Assembly: GCA_045117595.1 (NCBI GenBank)
Contig: JBGUNV010000002.1
Coordinates: 2,659-66,658 of the forward strand
Length of the DNA stretch: 64,000 nt
DNA from: Lachnospiraceae bacterium
Lineage (GTDB): Bacteria; Bacillota; Clostridia; Lachnospirales; Lachnospiraceae
Direction of reading: 5' to 3'
Shown: positions 1 to 8,629 of the stretch, in pieces
Layout of the letters: each line of letters starts with the position of its first letter
How positions within the stretch are numbered: the first letter of the stretch is position 1
Made by a program: the position numbers and the translations under genes
The notes under the pieces: generated by a model
Seen by the model: the letters and a program-made list of their open reading frames with translations, nothing else
Database searches by the model: none
Told to the model about the DNA's origin: nothing

Positions 1-18
1 ATATCTGCCAGCACGTTT

Positions 19-621
19 GTGACGATAATGGTCGATATGTGTGTTGCGCTTGTGATCGGATATATAATTTACAGGATATATAAACGGTTTTTTGCGGGAG
101 TGGTCTACAGCAGATACTTTGGAGTGACTCTGATCGGTATGACGGCGCTCACATGCATGGTGACGCTGGCTATCAGCACCAACATCGTGATCTCGCTCGG
201 TATGGTCGGTGCTCTCTCGATCGTAAGGTACAGGACTGCGATCAAGGAACCGCTTGATATCATGTATCTGTTCTGGGCAATAACAGAGGGTATTACGATA
301 GGGGCGAGCATGTACATACTTGCTGCCGTCGGTATGCTGGTGATGCTTGTCATAATAATCGGGATGAGCAGGATGAAGGAGAATTCCGGCGCATATGTCA
401 TGGTAGTTCATTTTGCGGGTGAAAAGGCTAAGGACGCAGTACTTGATGTGTTGAAGTCATATGTTTATTCGGAAAAAAGCTGCATCATGAGAGATGATGT
501 CACGGAAATGACGATCCAGATAGATATGAAAAAGGATGACGGTCTTGCCGAAAAGGTACGTGCCGTTGAGGGCGTAAATGATGTTGCACTGATAAGGTAT
601 AATGGTGAGTATCATGGATAA
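19..621 (+). CDS. Small polytopic membrane protein, DUF4956-like
   Basis: 200-aa ORF with a GTG at 19. The frame stays open back to the window edge, and ATG at 28 is also possible. Several hydrophobic helices (VALVIGYIIY, LIGMTALTCMVTLAI, ITIGASMYILAAVGMLVMLVIII) precede a soluble tail. The family call is from memory of DUF4956 proteins and was not searched. Confidence 0.5.
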   Translation: MTIMVDMCVALVIGYIIYRIYKRFFAGVVYSRYFGVTLIGMTALTCMVTLAISTNIVISLGMVGALSIVRYRTAIKEPLDIMYLFWAITEGITIGASMYILAAVGMLVMLVIIIGMSRMKENSGAYVMVVHFAGEKAKDAVLDVLKSYVYSEKSCIMRDDVTEMTIQIDMKKDDGLAEKVRAVEGVNDVALIRYNGEYHG

Positions 622-2362
622 AAAAACGTGGCAGTTGGTTACATTGGTATTACTGATAGTTTGCATTTCATACCCTGTATTATTTATGGATGTTGCAACG
701 GGACATGACCTGGATTTTCATTTGATGCGTATCGAGGGGTTATTTAGTGATCTGTCATTGACTAACTTTCCTGTAAGGATACAATCGAAATGGTTGGATG
801 GTTATGGATATCCGGTATCGATCCTTTATGGTGATATATTCTTATATATTGGGGCGTTGTTTCGGATAGCGGGCTTTTCCGTGATCAATGCTTATAGAGC
901 GTTTATTGTATTCGTTAATTCTGCAACCGTTATTATTTCTTACTATTCATTCAGAACAATATTTAAGAATAAGACCGTTGCATTTCTGTGTTCGGTATTG
1001 TATTCTACGGCGGCATATCGACTCGTAGATGAATATGTCAGAGCTGCGATTGGTGAGACGATAGCGATTGTTTTCTTTCCGGCAGTTGCGGCTACGGTGT
1101 ATCTTATCCTGACTGGTGAAGATCGTAATAAGAGATTTCGCGCAGCTGTGATCCTTGCATTTGTGGTTACTTCTGTAATATGTTCTCATACGTTGACAAC
1201 AAGTATGATGATATTTGTACTGATTCCGGTCTGCATTATTTGTCTTTTTCTGTTTTGTAAAAAGGGAGAGCGCTTTGCCAGATTTATAGATTTTTCGGCT
1301 GCGGGTATTATGGCGGCACTTATGGCAGCATTCTTTATTATTCCTTTCCTTGACTATTATCTGACGTCTGATATTGAGCTGGCTTCAAATGATGATATGA
1401 GTATCCAAAAAGTAGGTATTCATTTGTCGGATCTATTTGCTTTCTTTGCTGATCCGTTTCATCTTGACATAGGGGAGGTCAAAATCCAGAAAACACCAGG
1501 TATTGCTCTTATGGCAGTATTGATATGTGCGATCATATATTTTGTATTCTCCATTGTAAAGAAATCTTACTTCAGACATCACAGACGTATACTTTTTGAA
1601 ATGATATGTGCGACTGTGATGATATTCATGGCTATGCATGTATTTCCGTGGGATTTTATAGAATATAATGTTCCTTTCGGAAAGATCCTTACGGCCATAG
1701 AATATCCCATGAGATATCTGGCGTTTGCCATCCTGTTTATAACACTTCTTGCGGGTGACCTGTTTGTTGGTTTGTATGAAAAGTTAGGTACAACTGATAC
1801 AATAAAAGGTAACCGAATAATTGTGATAACTATGGCAGCTGTCTGTATCATGGGTGTGTTCAATGTTGCAAATCTAAGTGTTTATAATGAAAAGTATGAA
1901 TTTAAAACTGATTACAAGACTGAGGAAGATATAGGAAGATGGGAATACTATGCAATGGACTTTGTTCTGGAGCATGTAACAATAGATGATCTGCCGCTTG
2001 AAATCAGTACTGAGGGTATGGTTAGCATGGAGGTCTTATCGAGGGAGCATAATGACTTTTTGATCGCATGTGTAACCGGACCTGAGTATGGATGGATACA
2101 GCTTCCGGTGTTTAATTATAAGTATTTTTATGCTCATGATGTTGCGGATCCTTCAAAAGTGTTTGAGATACATGATGGTGCCAACAGAACTGTTGGCGTA
2201 TTGTTACCTGCTGATTATACCGGAATAATTCATGTTTACATGCGGGAACCCTTATGGTGGAAAATCGCTAAATATATATCCTTAGTCTCAGTTTTATTAG
2301 GACTGGTATATCTGGTTTTATCAAGTCCTTTGCATACGAGAAGATTGTCACGCAATAATTGA
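602..2362 (+). CDS. Polytopic membrane protein, GT-C-like glycosyltransferase candidate (tandem paralogue 1)
   Basis: 586-aa ORF with many TM segments and the N-terminal loop motif GHDLDFHLMRIEG. It is roughly 70% identical by eye to the next ORF. ATG at 614, overlapping the upstream stop, is an alternative start. Function is inferred from topology and context only. Confidence 0.55.
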   Translation: MVSIMDKKTWQLVTLVLLIVCISYPVLFMDVATGHDLDFHLMRIEGLFSDLSLTNFPVRIQSKWLDGYGYPVSILYGDIFLYIGALFRIAGFSVINAYRAFIVFVNSATVIISYYSFRTIFKNKTVAFLCSVLYSTAAYRLVDEYVRAAIGETIAIVFFPAVAATVYLILTGEDRNKRFRAAVILAFVVTSVICSHTLTTSMMIFVLIPVCIICLFLFCKKGERFARFIDFSAAGIMAALMAAFFIIPFLDYYLTSDIELASNDDMSIQKVGIHLSDLFAFFADPFHLDIGEVKIQKTPGIALMAVLICAIIYFVFSIVKKSYFRHHRRILFEMICATVMIFMAMHVFPWDFIEYNVPFGKILTAIEYPMRYLAFAILFITLLAGDLFVGLYEKLGTTDTIKGNRIIVITMAAVCIMGVFNVANLSVYNEKYEFKTDYKTEEDIGRWEYYAMDFVLEHVTIDDLPLEISTEGMVSMEVLSREHNDFLIACVTGPEYGWIQLPVFNYKYFYAHDVADPSKVFEIHDGANRTVGVLLPADYTGIIHVYMREPLWWKIAKYISLVSVLLGLVYLVLSSPLHTRRLSRNN

Positions 2363-2410
2363 AACATCTTTTGAATATTTGAAAAGACAGTATTCTTAAA
2401 TATATACAGT

Positions 2411-4183
2411 ATGGGTAATTTATCAAAGAATAAAGAAAAAATCAACAATGGTATATGTGCAGCAACGTTAGTGCTTATTATCGTCATGATATCCTGGCCT
2501 ATGTTATTTATGGATGTCGCCAAGGGGCATGACCTGGAGTTTCATCTGATGCGTATTGACGGGATATTAAGCGATGTATCCTTTTCCAATCTGCCGGTTC
2601 GGGTCCAGTCAAAATGGCTCGACGGCTACGGCTATCCCGTATCGATCCTCTACGGCGATCTGTTCCTGTATCCGGCGGCAGTGCTCCGCAAGATAGGTTT
2701 TTCAATCATAACCGCCTACCGTATATTTGTTGTATGCATTAATACCGCAACCGTACTTATCGCGTACTTTTCATTCAGAACGATATATAAGGAAAAAACG
2801 GTCAGTGTGCTGTCAACCGTGCTGTATTCTGCGGCGGCATACCGTCTTGTGGATGAATACGTCAGATCAGCCGTCGGCGAGACACTGACTATAGTCTTTT
2901 TGCCGGCTGTAGCGGTATCCGTATATACGATTCTGACCGGAAATGATACAAAACAGCGAATGCGGGGCGCGGTGCTGCTCGCTTTTGCATTTACTTCCGT
3001 AACATGTGCCCATACACTGACTACCAGTATGCTTATCGTTGTATTGCTCCCGGTATGTATTGCAGGACTTTTCCTTTTTTCGGGGAAGGGAGAAAGACTT
3101 GTACGGTTTGCATCCTTTGCCGTGGCGGCCGTGATATCGCTGCTCCTGTCGGGATTTTTTATCTTCCCGTTCCTTGATTACTATCTGACTGCGGATATAG
3201 CATTTGCATCTGCTGAGGACATGAGCATTCAGCAGTTTGGTGTCGGGATGCGGGATCTGTTCTCGTTTTTTGCGGATCCGTTCGGCACGGGAAAAGGTGG
3301 TATTCAAAAGACTCCGGGCATAGCTCTGATGCTGGCGCTCATCTGTGCGATCGTGTATATCATTGTATCCGTTATGAAAAAAAAGTATCTGAAACACCAT
3401 CTGAGGCTGGTTTTTGAGACGGTCTGCGCAGTCATGATGATCTTTATGGCGTCACATGTATTCCCGTGGGATTTTATTGAGCATAATATCCCGCTCGGAA
3501 ATATTCTTACAGCAATCGAGTTTCCCATGCGGTATCTTGCATTTGCCATACTGTTCATGGCGATGGTTGCTGCCGACCTGCTGAAAGGCATACCGGAGAT
3601 GCTGTCCGGATACGGCCCTGCGGTCGCAAAACGTGCGATGTATATCTCGGGTACAGTCATTTGTGTATTGTGCCTGTTCAATGTGATAAACCTTTGCATC
3701 GGAAATGCAAAATATGAGAAAAAAGCGCATTTTGTCACCGAAGAGGATCTGGGAAGGTGGGAATATTATGCGATGGATTTTCAGCTTAAGAACACGACCG
3801 TTAATGACCTGCCGCTCGGCCTTACATACGAAGGGCTTGAAAGCATGGAGGTTTTGTCGAGAAACAGCAATGATTTTCTGATAGCATGCGTTTCCGGACC
3901 CGAGTACGGGTGGATATCACTTCCGGTATTCAATTACAAGTATTATTATGCACATGATGTAGAGGATCCTTCTAAGGTTTTCGAGATACATGACGGTGCA
4001 AACAGGACTGTAGGCGTACTGCTTCCCGGTAACTACTCGGGGATAGTCCACGTATACTGGAGGGAGCCTGTGGCCTGGAAGATAGCCAAATACATATCGG
4101 TGCTGACATTCCTGGGCTGTGTCTGTTATCTGTTTGCGCCCGGCCTGCCCGGACATTTCAGAAGAGAGGCCAAAAACCCTTGA
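2411..4183 (+). CDS. Polytopic membrane protein, GT-C-like glycosyltransferase candidate (tandem paralogue 2)
   Basis: 590-aa ORF collinear with 602-2362. Shared blocks include GHDLEFHLMRIDG, QSKWLDGYGYPVSILYGD, AAYRLVDEYVR and PEYGWI.LPVFNYKY.YAHDV.DPSKVFEIHDGANRTVGVLLP. Confidence 0.55.
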   Translation: MGNLSKNKEKINNGICAATLVLIIVMISWPMLFMDVAKGHDLEFHLMRIDGILSDVSFSNLPVRVQSKWLDGYGYPVSILYGDLFLYPAAVLRKIGFSIITAYRIFVVCINTATVLIAYFSFRTIYKEKTVSVLSTVLYSAAAYRLVDEYVRSAVGETLTIVFLPAVAVSVYTILTGNDTKQRMRGAVLLAFAFTSVTCAHTLTTSMLIVVLLPVCIAGLFLFSGKGERLVRFASFAVAAVISLLLSGFFIFPFLDYYLTADIAFASAEDMSIQQFGVGMRDLFSFFADPFGTGKGGIQKTPGIALMLALICAIVYIIVSVMKKKYLKHHLRLVFETVCAVMMIFMASHVFPWDFIEHNIPLGNILTAIEFPMRYLAFAILFMAMVAADLLKGIPEMLSGYGPAVAKRAMYISGTVICVLCLFNVINLCIGNAKYEKKAHFVTEEDLGRWEYYAMDFQLKNTTVNDLPLGLTYEGLESMEVLSRNSNDFLIACVSGPEYGWISLPVFNYKYYYAHDVEDPSKVFEIHDGANRTVGVLLPGNYSGIVHVYWREPVAWKIAKYISVLTFLGCVCYLFAPGLPGHFRREAKNP

Positions 4184-4208
4184 CAACCTCGGTGGCTTCT
4201 TATATAAT
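4180..4208 (+). promoter_or_regulatory. Consensus sigma-A type promoter for the tRNA pair
   Basis: TTGACA (4180-4185), a 17-nt spacer, then TATAAT (4203-4208). It lies about 28 nt upstream of the tRNA-Val 5' end and overlaps the stop codon of the upstream CDS. Confidence 0.6.
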
Positions 4209-4236
4209 TTCAAATGTTCTGCGAAAAGCAGTACAG

Positions 4237-4309
4237 GGGATCTTAGCTCAGCTGGGAGAGCATCTGCCTTACAAGCAGAGGGTCATAGGTTCGAGCCCTA
4301 TAGGTCCCA
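4237..4309 (+). tRNA. tRNA-Val (anticodon TAC)
   Basis: Manual cloverleaf. Acceptor GGGATCT pairs with AGGTCCC. The anticodon loop is CTTACAA and the T-arm is ATAGG-TTCGAGC-CCTAT. Discriminator is A and no CCA is encoded. Confidence 0.9.
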
Positions 4310-4312
4310 TAT

Positions 4313-4386
4313 GGCGAGGTGGCTCAACTGGCTAGAGCGTCCGGTTCATACCCGGGAGGTTGAGAGTTCAAGTCTCTCCCTCGCTA
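4313..4386 (+). tRNA. tRNA with CAT anticodon (elongator Met, or Ile2 if lysidine-modified)
   Basis: Manual cloverleaf. Acceptor GGCGAGG pairs with CCTCGCT. The anticodon loop is TTCATAC and the T-arm is GAGAG-TTCAAGT-CTCTC. Position 1-72 is paired, so it is not an initiator type. Confidence 0.85.
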
Positions 4387-4396
4387 TTACCGAAAA

Positions 4397-4431
4397 CCCC
4401 GAAGACTCAACACTTTCGGGGCTTTTATTTT
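4397..4431 (+). terminator. Intrinsic terminator after the tRNA pair
   Basis: Hairpin CCCCGAAG...CTTTCGGGG followed by CTTTTATTTT. Confidence 0.7.
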
Positions 4432-4471
4432 ATCCGTTACCGTATTGATATGTATCGGGGGATATGATCTT

Positions 4472-6058
4472 ATGGAAGAAAAGAAATACAGGATTCTTAT
4501 GATTCTGACAGCCGCTGCGATCTTTGCGGCATTTCTCATAACACGTCTGTACAGACTTGATATCGTACCGTTTGGTGCGCACAGGATGCATATAGATGAG
4601 CTCGGGGCTGCGTATGATGCGTTCTGTATTTCCGATTACGGTGTTGATCAGTTCCTGTACCGCATGCCGGTATATTTCAAATGTTTCGGTGAGGGGCAGA
4701 ATGCTCTGTATACTTATCTGGCCGTTATTGCTTTCAGGATAGGCGGTATTTCCATTTTTACCTTCCGCCTTCCGGCTGTGATATGTGCGGCCGGTGCATT
4801 TGCGGCACTGTATTTTATGCTGAGGGATATGCTGGATCGCTGGTATGCCGTGGTAGGACTGGCACTTATGACAGTCATGCCCGTATTCATGATGAGTGAG
4901 CACTGGGGACTCGAGGCCTATCTGCTGATGAGTTTTGTTATCATCTCACTCTGTTTTCAGATCCGTGCCGTGACAAAGGACAGTTCACTGTGCTATTTTC
5001 TGGCAGGTATTTCATGGGGACTTTCGCTCTATACTTATTCCATGGCGTATGTAATTGTGCCGTTGTTCCTTTTTTTCTCATTTATAGCGCTTATCGTATA
5101 TAAAAAGCTCAGTCTGAAAAATGCTCTTCTGGCAGGGATTCCTCTGGTACTCCTTGGACTGCCTCTTTTTGTACAGCAACTGGTAATGATGGAAGCCATA
5201 CAGCCTTTTTCGTTTATGGGACTTGTTGATTTCTGGAGCACTTCCCACTACAGGGCAGATGAGATATCCATAGCAAATGTACCTGAAAACCTGATAATGT
5301 CGTTTAAATACACATATGTTGCAGACAGGTCAGCCTATGATGCCAATGCAAAATGGGGGACCATGTATTATATAACCATCCCGTTTATACTGGTCGGTAT
5401 CATAGCTTCCGCACGGGACGTTATAAAAAATGTCAGGGCAAAGGTACTTGATCCGTGGATGTTTGTCTGGATGTTTTTTATCGTATCGCGCATATTCCTG
5501 CTGTTTGTGAAATATCCAAACATCAACAGGATAAACGGGATTTTCCCGGCTTACCTTCTTTTTGCTGTCTACGGTATACGGACGGTTGCCGAAAAAATCA
5601 ATAAAAAAGTGTTGTTTTATTCTGTACTGTCTGTAATTTATCTTGTGTGTTTTCTGACTTTTTCAAGATATTTTTATTCACATGATGGGCTGCAGGCGGA
5701 TGCATATGACATAGGTGACAGCCTCGGATGCGATCTTGAGGCGGGAGAGGCTGCAGCGCTTGCCAAGCAGATCGCGATGGGAAGGCCGGTCTGCGCCATG
5801 CTCAATGACGGGTGGATGAGACATCTGTCGATAGCGATGTATACCGAAACGTCGCCGTATAAGTTCAACCGGGATCATGAACCGCAGGACCGCGATTTTA
5901 ACGGAGTTAAATGGTATATGCCGGAAGAACTCGATCTTTCGGGCAATACGGTATATCTGATAGATAATGAACTGAACCACATAATATCCTATCTTGTGTC
6001 TGAAGAGGGTTTTATGGTGGATGTATCGTATCCGGATTTTACGGTGGTATTCAAGTGA
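4472..6058 (+). CDS. ArnT/PMT-like (GT-C fold) membrane glycosyltransferase candidate
   Basis: The ORF is open from 4445 (TTG). ATG at 4472 follows a GGGGGA Shine-Dalgarno sequence. There are more than 10 TM helices, an acidic first-loop motif HIDELG, and a soluble C-terminal domain of about 130 aa. Confidence 0.55.
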   Translation: MEEKKYRILMILTAAAIFAAFLITRLYRLDIVPFGAHRMHIDELGAAYDAFCISDYGVDQFLYRMPVYFKCFGEGQNALYTYLAVIAFRIGGISIFTFRLPAVICAAGAFAALYFMLRDMLDRWYAVVGLALMTVMPVFMMSEHWGLEAYLLMSFVIISLCFQIRAVTKDSSLCYFLAGISWGLSLYTYSMAYVIVPLFLFFSFIALIVYKKLSLKNALLAGIPLVLLGLPLFVQQLVMMEAIQPFSFMGLVDFWSTSHYRADEISIANVPENLIMSFKYTYVADRSAYDANAKWGTMYYITIPFILVGIIASARDVIKNVRAKVLDPWMFVWMFFIVSRIFLLFVKYPNINRINGIFPAYLLFAVYGIRTVAEKINKKVLFYSVLSVIYLVCFLTFSRYFYSHDGLQADAYDIGDSLGCDLEAGEAAALAKQIAMGRPVCAMLNDGWMRHLSIAMYTETSPYKFNRDHEPQDRDFNGVKWYMPEELDLSGNTVYLIDNELNHIISYLVSEEGFMVDVSYPDFTVVFK

Positions 6059-6091
6059 CCCGGTCATTAACGCTTCTCTATTCGATTCCAT

Positions 6092-6120
6092 TTCACATTA
6101 TCCGGATTTCAATGTATAAT
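6092..6120 (+). promoter_or_regulatory. Putative promoter of cysE
   Basis: TTCACA (6092-6097), a 17-nt spacer, then TATAAT (6115-6120), with a TG at -14/-15. Confidence 0.4.
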
Positions 6121-6130
6121 TGAGTACGAT

Positions 6131-6814
6131 ATGGGTGTGATAAAAAGAATCCAAAACGAAATAGCCATAGTCAAGGAACGAGACCCCGCGATACATTCGT
6201 CGCTGGAGGTTTTTCTGTATCCGTCATTCAAGGTTATGATCAGTTACCGGCTGGCTCATAAACTATACCAGACGAAACATTATTTTCTCGCAAGATGGAT
6301 ATCCCAGCGTGCGGCACGCAAGACGGGCATTGAGATACATCCCGGTGCGACGATAGGAGAGGGATTCTTCATAGATCACGGAAACGGTGTGGTCATCGGC
6401 GAGACAACCGAGATCGGGAACAATGTCACGCTGTACCAGGGCGTGACGCTCGGCGGTACCGGTAAGGAGACCGGAAAGCGTCATCCCACGCTGTGCGATA
6501 ACGTAATGGTGTCTGTCGGAGCCAAGGTATTAGGTTCGTTCACGATAGGAGAGAACTCCAAAATCGGTGCCGGCTCAGTCGTGCTCGAGGAAGTGCCTCC
6601 TAACTGTACCGTAGTCGGTGTCCCAGGACGTGTCATAAAGAGAGACAATGTATCCATTCCCCGTGAAACACTCGACCAGACGGATCTTCCGGATCCTGTA
6701 CTTGAGGATATAAATGTACTCAAAAAAGAGAATTCAGAGCTTACAAGCAGGCTTCTGACCCTCGAGGACGAAGTCCGCCGCCTGTCAAAAAATGGCCCTG
6801 CGGGACGGGGTTAG
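6131..6814 (+). CDS. cysE: Serine O-acetyltransferase
   Basis: Hexapeptide-repeat core HPGATIGEGFFIDHGNGVVIGETTEIGNNVTLYQGVTLGGTG, and an N-terminal SATase helical region containing DPA. Confidence 0.9.
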   Translation: MGVIKRIQNEIAIVKERDPAIHSSLEVFLYPSFKVMISYRLAHKLYQTKHYFLARWISQRAARKTGIEIHPGATIGEGFFIDHGNGVVIGETTEIGNNVTLYQGVTLGGTGKETGKRHPTLCDNVMVSVGAKVLGSFTIGENSKIGAGSVVLEEVPPNCTVVGVPGRVIKRDNVSIPRETLDQTDLPDPVLEDINVLKKENSELTSRLLTLEDEVRRLSKNGPAGRG

Positions 6815-6824
6815 TGGTCCATTT
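6801..6824 (+). repeat. 24-nt element CGGGACGGGGTTAGTGGTCCATTT (copy 1)
   Basis: Identical 24-mer to 59801-59824. It spans the cysE stop codon and lies 30 nt upstream of the nadE ATG. Confidence 0.8.
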
Positions 6825-6854
6825 TTGTATGATCATCATGGAAGGAGTATTGAT

Positions 6855-7595
6855 ATGTTTGATGCCGAAAAAGCAGCAAAAGATTGTGCACAGTGGATAA
6901 GGCAGTTCTTTGAGGAGAACGGAAAAGGATGTAATGCGGTGCTTGGAATATCGGGCGGTAAGGATTCATCCGTTGCAGCTGCCGTATGTGTTGAAGCACT
7001 AGGTAGGGACCGTGTTATCGGCGTTCTGATGCCGAACGGTGAACAGGCGGATATAGATATGGCACATCTTCTGTGCGACCATCTCGGGATAAAAAGCTAT
7101 GTGGTAAATATCGCTGAAGCTGTGAACGGTGTTAAGAACGCGGTTCCGTTTGAACTGTCCGAGCAGAGCACGATCAATCTGCCGCCCAGGATCAGGATGG
7201 CTACATTGTACGCCGTATCGCAGAGCAATAATGGTAGAGTCGTAAATACGTGCAATCTTTCCGAGGACTGGGTTGGATACTCAACGAGATACGGTGATGC
7301 GGCAGGTGATTTTTCACCTCTGTCACAGTTTACGGTTCAGGAAGTCAAGGCTATAGGAAGAGCGCTGGGACTTCCGGACGTCCTTGTTGACAAGCCGCCG
7401 ATCGACGGGCTGTGTGGCAAGACAGATGAGGATAATCTCGGATTTACATATGCAGTGCTTGACCGCTATATTCGTACGGGTGAGATCGATGATCCAGAAA
7501 CAAAGGAACTAATTGACAGGAAGCACAAGGCAAATCTGTTCAAACTGAAGATGATGCCGAGCTTTGATTCGGGGATTCCTGTTCGGGCAGAATAA
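6855..7595 (+). CDS. nadE: NH3-dependent NAD+ synthetase
   Basis: PP-loop motif GISGGKDSSV. The start is set at ATG 6855 behind GGAAGGAG. The 6792 start in the ORF track would overlap cysE. Confidence 0.9.
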   Translation: MFDAEKAAKDCAQWIRQFFEENGKGCNAVLGISGGKDSSVAAAVCVEALGRDRVIGVLMPNGEQADIDMAHLLCDHLGIKSYVVNIAEAVNGVKNAVPFELSEQSTINLPPRIRMATLYAVSQSNNGRVVNTCNLSEDWVGYSTRYGDAAGDFSPLSQFTVQEVKAIGRALGLPDVLVDKPPIDGLCGKTDEDNLGFTYAVLDRYIRTGEIDDPETKELIDRKHKANLFKLKMMPSFDSGIPVRAE

Positions 7596-7745
7596 TGTAG
7601 AATTCCATTGACAGAACATATGTTCGAAATATGTAATATATAAAAGGTGTTACCATATACGGTAGGCGGTTGCCCGATCTTCGAAGTACTGTGAACTTCG
7701 TTTTCATAGAACCTCTTCGAGGAATCTTCGAAAGGAGGGATTGCC

Positions 7746-7817
7746 ATGTTGACCATAACTGATCTGATAGCTGTATTAGGCTACGCAGTTGGTCGTAGCA
7801 ATAAGGCAAATAAATAA
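7746..7817 (+). CDS. Hypothetical 23-aa peptide MLTITDLIAVLGYAVGRSNKANK
   Basis: Strong Shine-Dalgarno sequence AAGGAGGG 7 nt upstream of the ATG. The peptide has a hydrophobic N-terminal half and a basic tail. It sits alone in a 350-nt intergenic region with a structured leader. Too short for statistical support. Confidence 0.3.
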   Translation: MLTITDLIAVLGYAVGRSNKANK

Positions 7818-7945
7818 CCGCCCGGCCCACAACCAAACGGTTATTATCAACCAATATATGATGGGCGACCGTCTATCGGTAGCACCTTTTCTATGTTTGT
7901 AGTATAATCAATAAAGTTGCATTTGTCAATTGACGGGAGCATGAT

Positions 7946-8629
7946 ATGCGGATAGGAACAGGTTATGACGTACACCGGCTGGGACCGGAGCGAAGGCTTG
8001 TAATAGGAGGGATTGAGATCCCGTATGAACTGGGACTCGTCGGGCATTCTGATGCGGATGTCCTGCTTCATGCGATAATGGACGCACTTCTCGGAGCGGC
8101 AGCGCTTGGCGATATCGGAAAACTGTTTCCGGATACGGATGAGAGGTACAGAAACATTTCCTCGCTGCGCCTTCTGAAGCAGGTAGCGAAAATCCTTGAG
8201 GATGAGCATTATATCATCGAAAACATCGATGCCACGATAATTGCCCAGCAGCCCAAGATGAGACCTTATATAGACAGGATGCGCGCGGTGATCGCGGATG
8301 CGCTTGGTATCGAGATTTTCAGGGTAAGCGTTAAGGCAACCACGGAGGAGGGCCTGGGATTTACCGGGAGCGGAGAAGGCATCAGTTCACAGGCCATATG
8401 CCTGCTGTCGCATGCCGATGATCTGCGCGATAACGATGTACTAGTTGCAAATGGGGACGGGGACGGTAATATAGCCAGCCGTTCATGCGAAGGCTGCAGC
8501 GGTTGCGCGATGGTCGCGGATAAGGATAAGGACAGGACATCTTCGACTGAAAAGAAGAAAAAGGCCGGCAAAAAAGATAAGGCAGATAAGAAGAGTAAGA
8601 AGGATAAAAAAGGGAAAAAACAGCTATGA
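7946..8629 (+). CDS. ispF: 2-C-methyl-D-erythritol 2,4-cyclodiphosphate synthase with a C-terminal extension of about 65 aa
   Basis: [12 protein letters not shown] ... [31 protein letters not shown]. The core ends near ICLLSH. It is followed by a CEGCSGC motif and a Lys-rich tail. The stop overlaps the cysS ATG (ATGA). Confidence 0.9.
   Translation: MRIGTGYDVHRLGPERRLVIGGIEIPYELGLVGHSDADVLLHAIMDALLGAAALGDIGKLFPDTDERYRNISSLRLLKQVAKILEDEHYIIENIDATIIAQQPKMRPYIDRMRAVIADALGIEIFRVSVKATTEEGLGFTGSGEGISSQAICLLSHADDLRDNDVLVANGDGDGNIASRSCEGCSGCAMVADKDKDRTSSTEKKKKAGKKDKADKKSKKDKKGKKQL

Noticed and set aside
4119-4448. 109-aa + strand ORF in the track, spanning the tRNA-Val/tRNA-Met region.
   Set aside because: It is read straight through two well-folded tRNA genes and their terminator, and has no Shine-Dalgarno sequence. 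It is an artefact of ORF calling.
6792-6854. N-terminal extensions given by the ORF track for nadE (6792), tig (49707), malQ (58227), argC (59830), the CYTH gene (to 61366), the acyltransferase (to 14097), the permease (19359) and the ABC-CobQ gene (20398).
   Set aside because: The internal ATGs are preceded by Shine-Dalgarno sequences and reproduce the canonical family N-termini. The extensions overlap upstream genes, terminators or the 24-nt repeat element.
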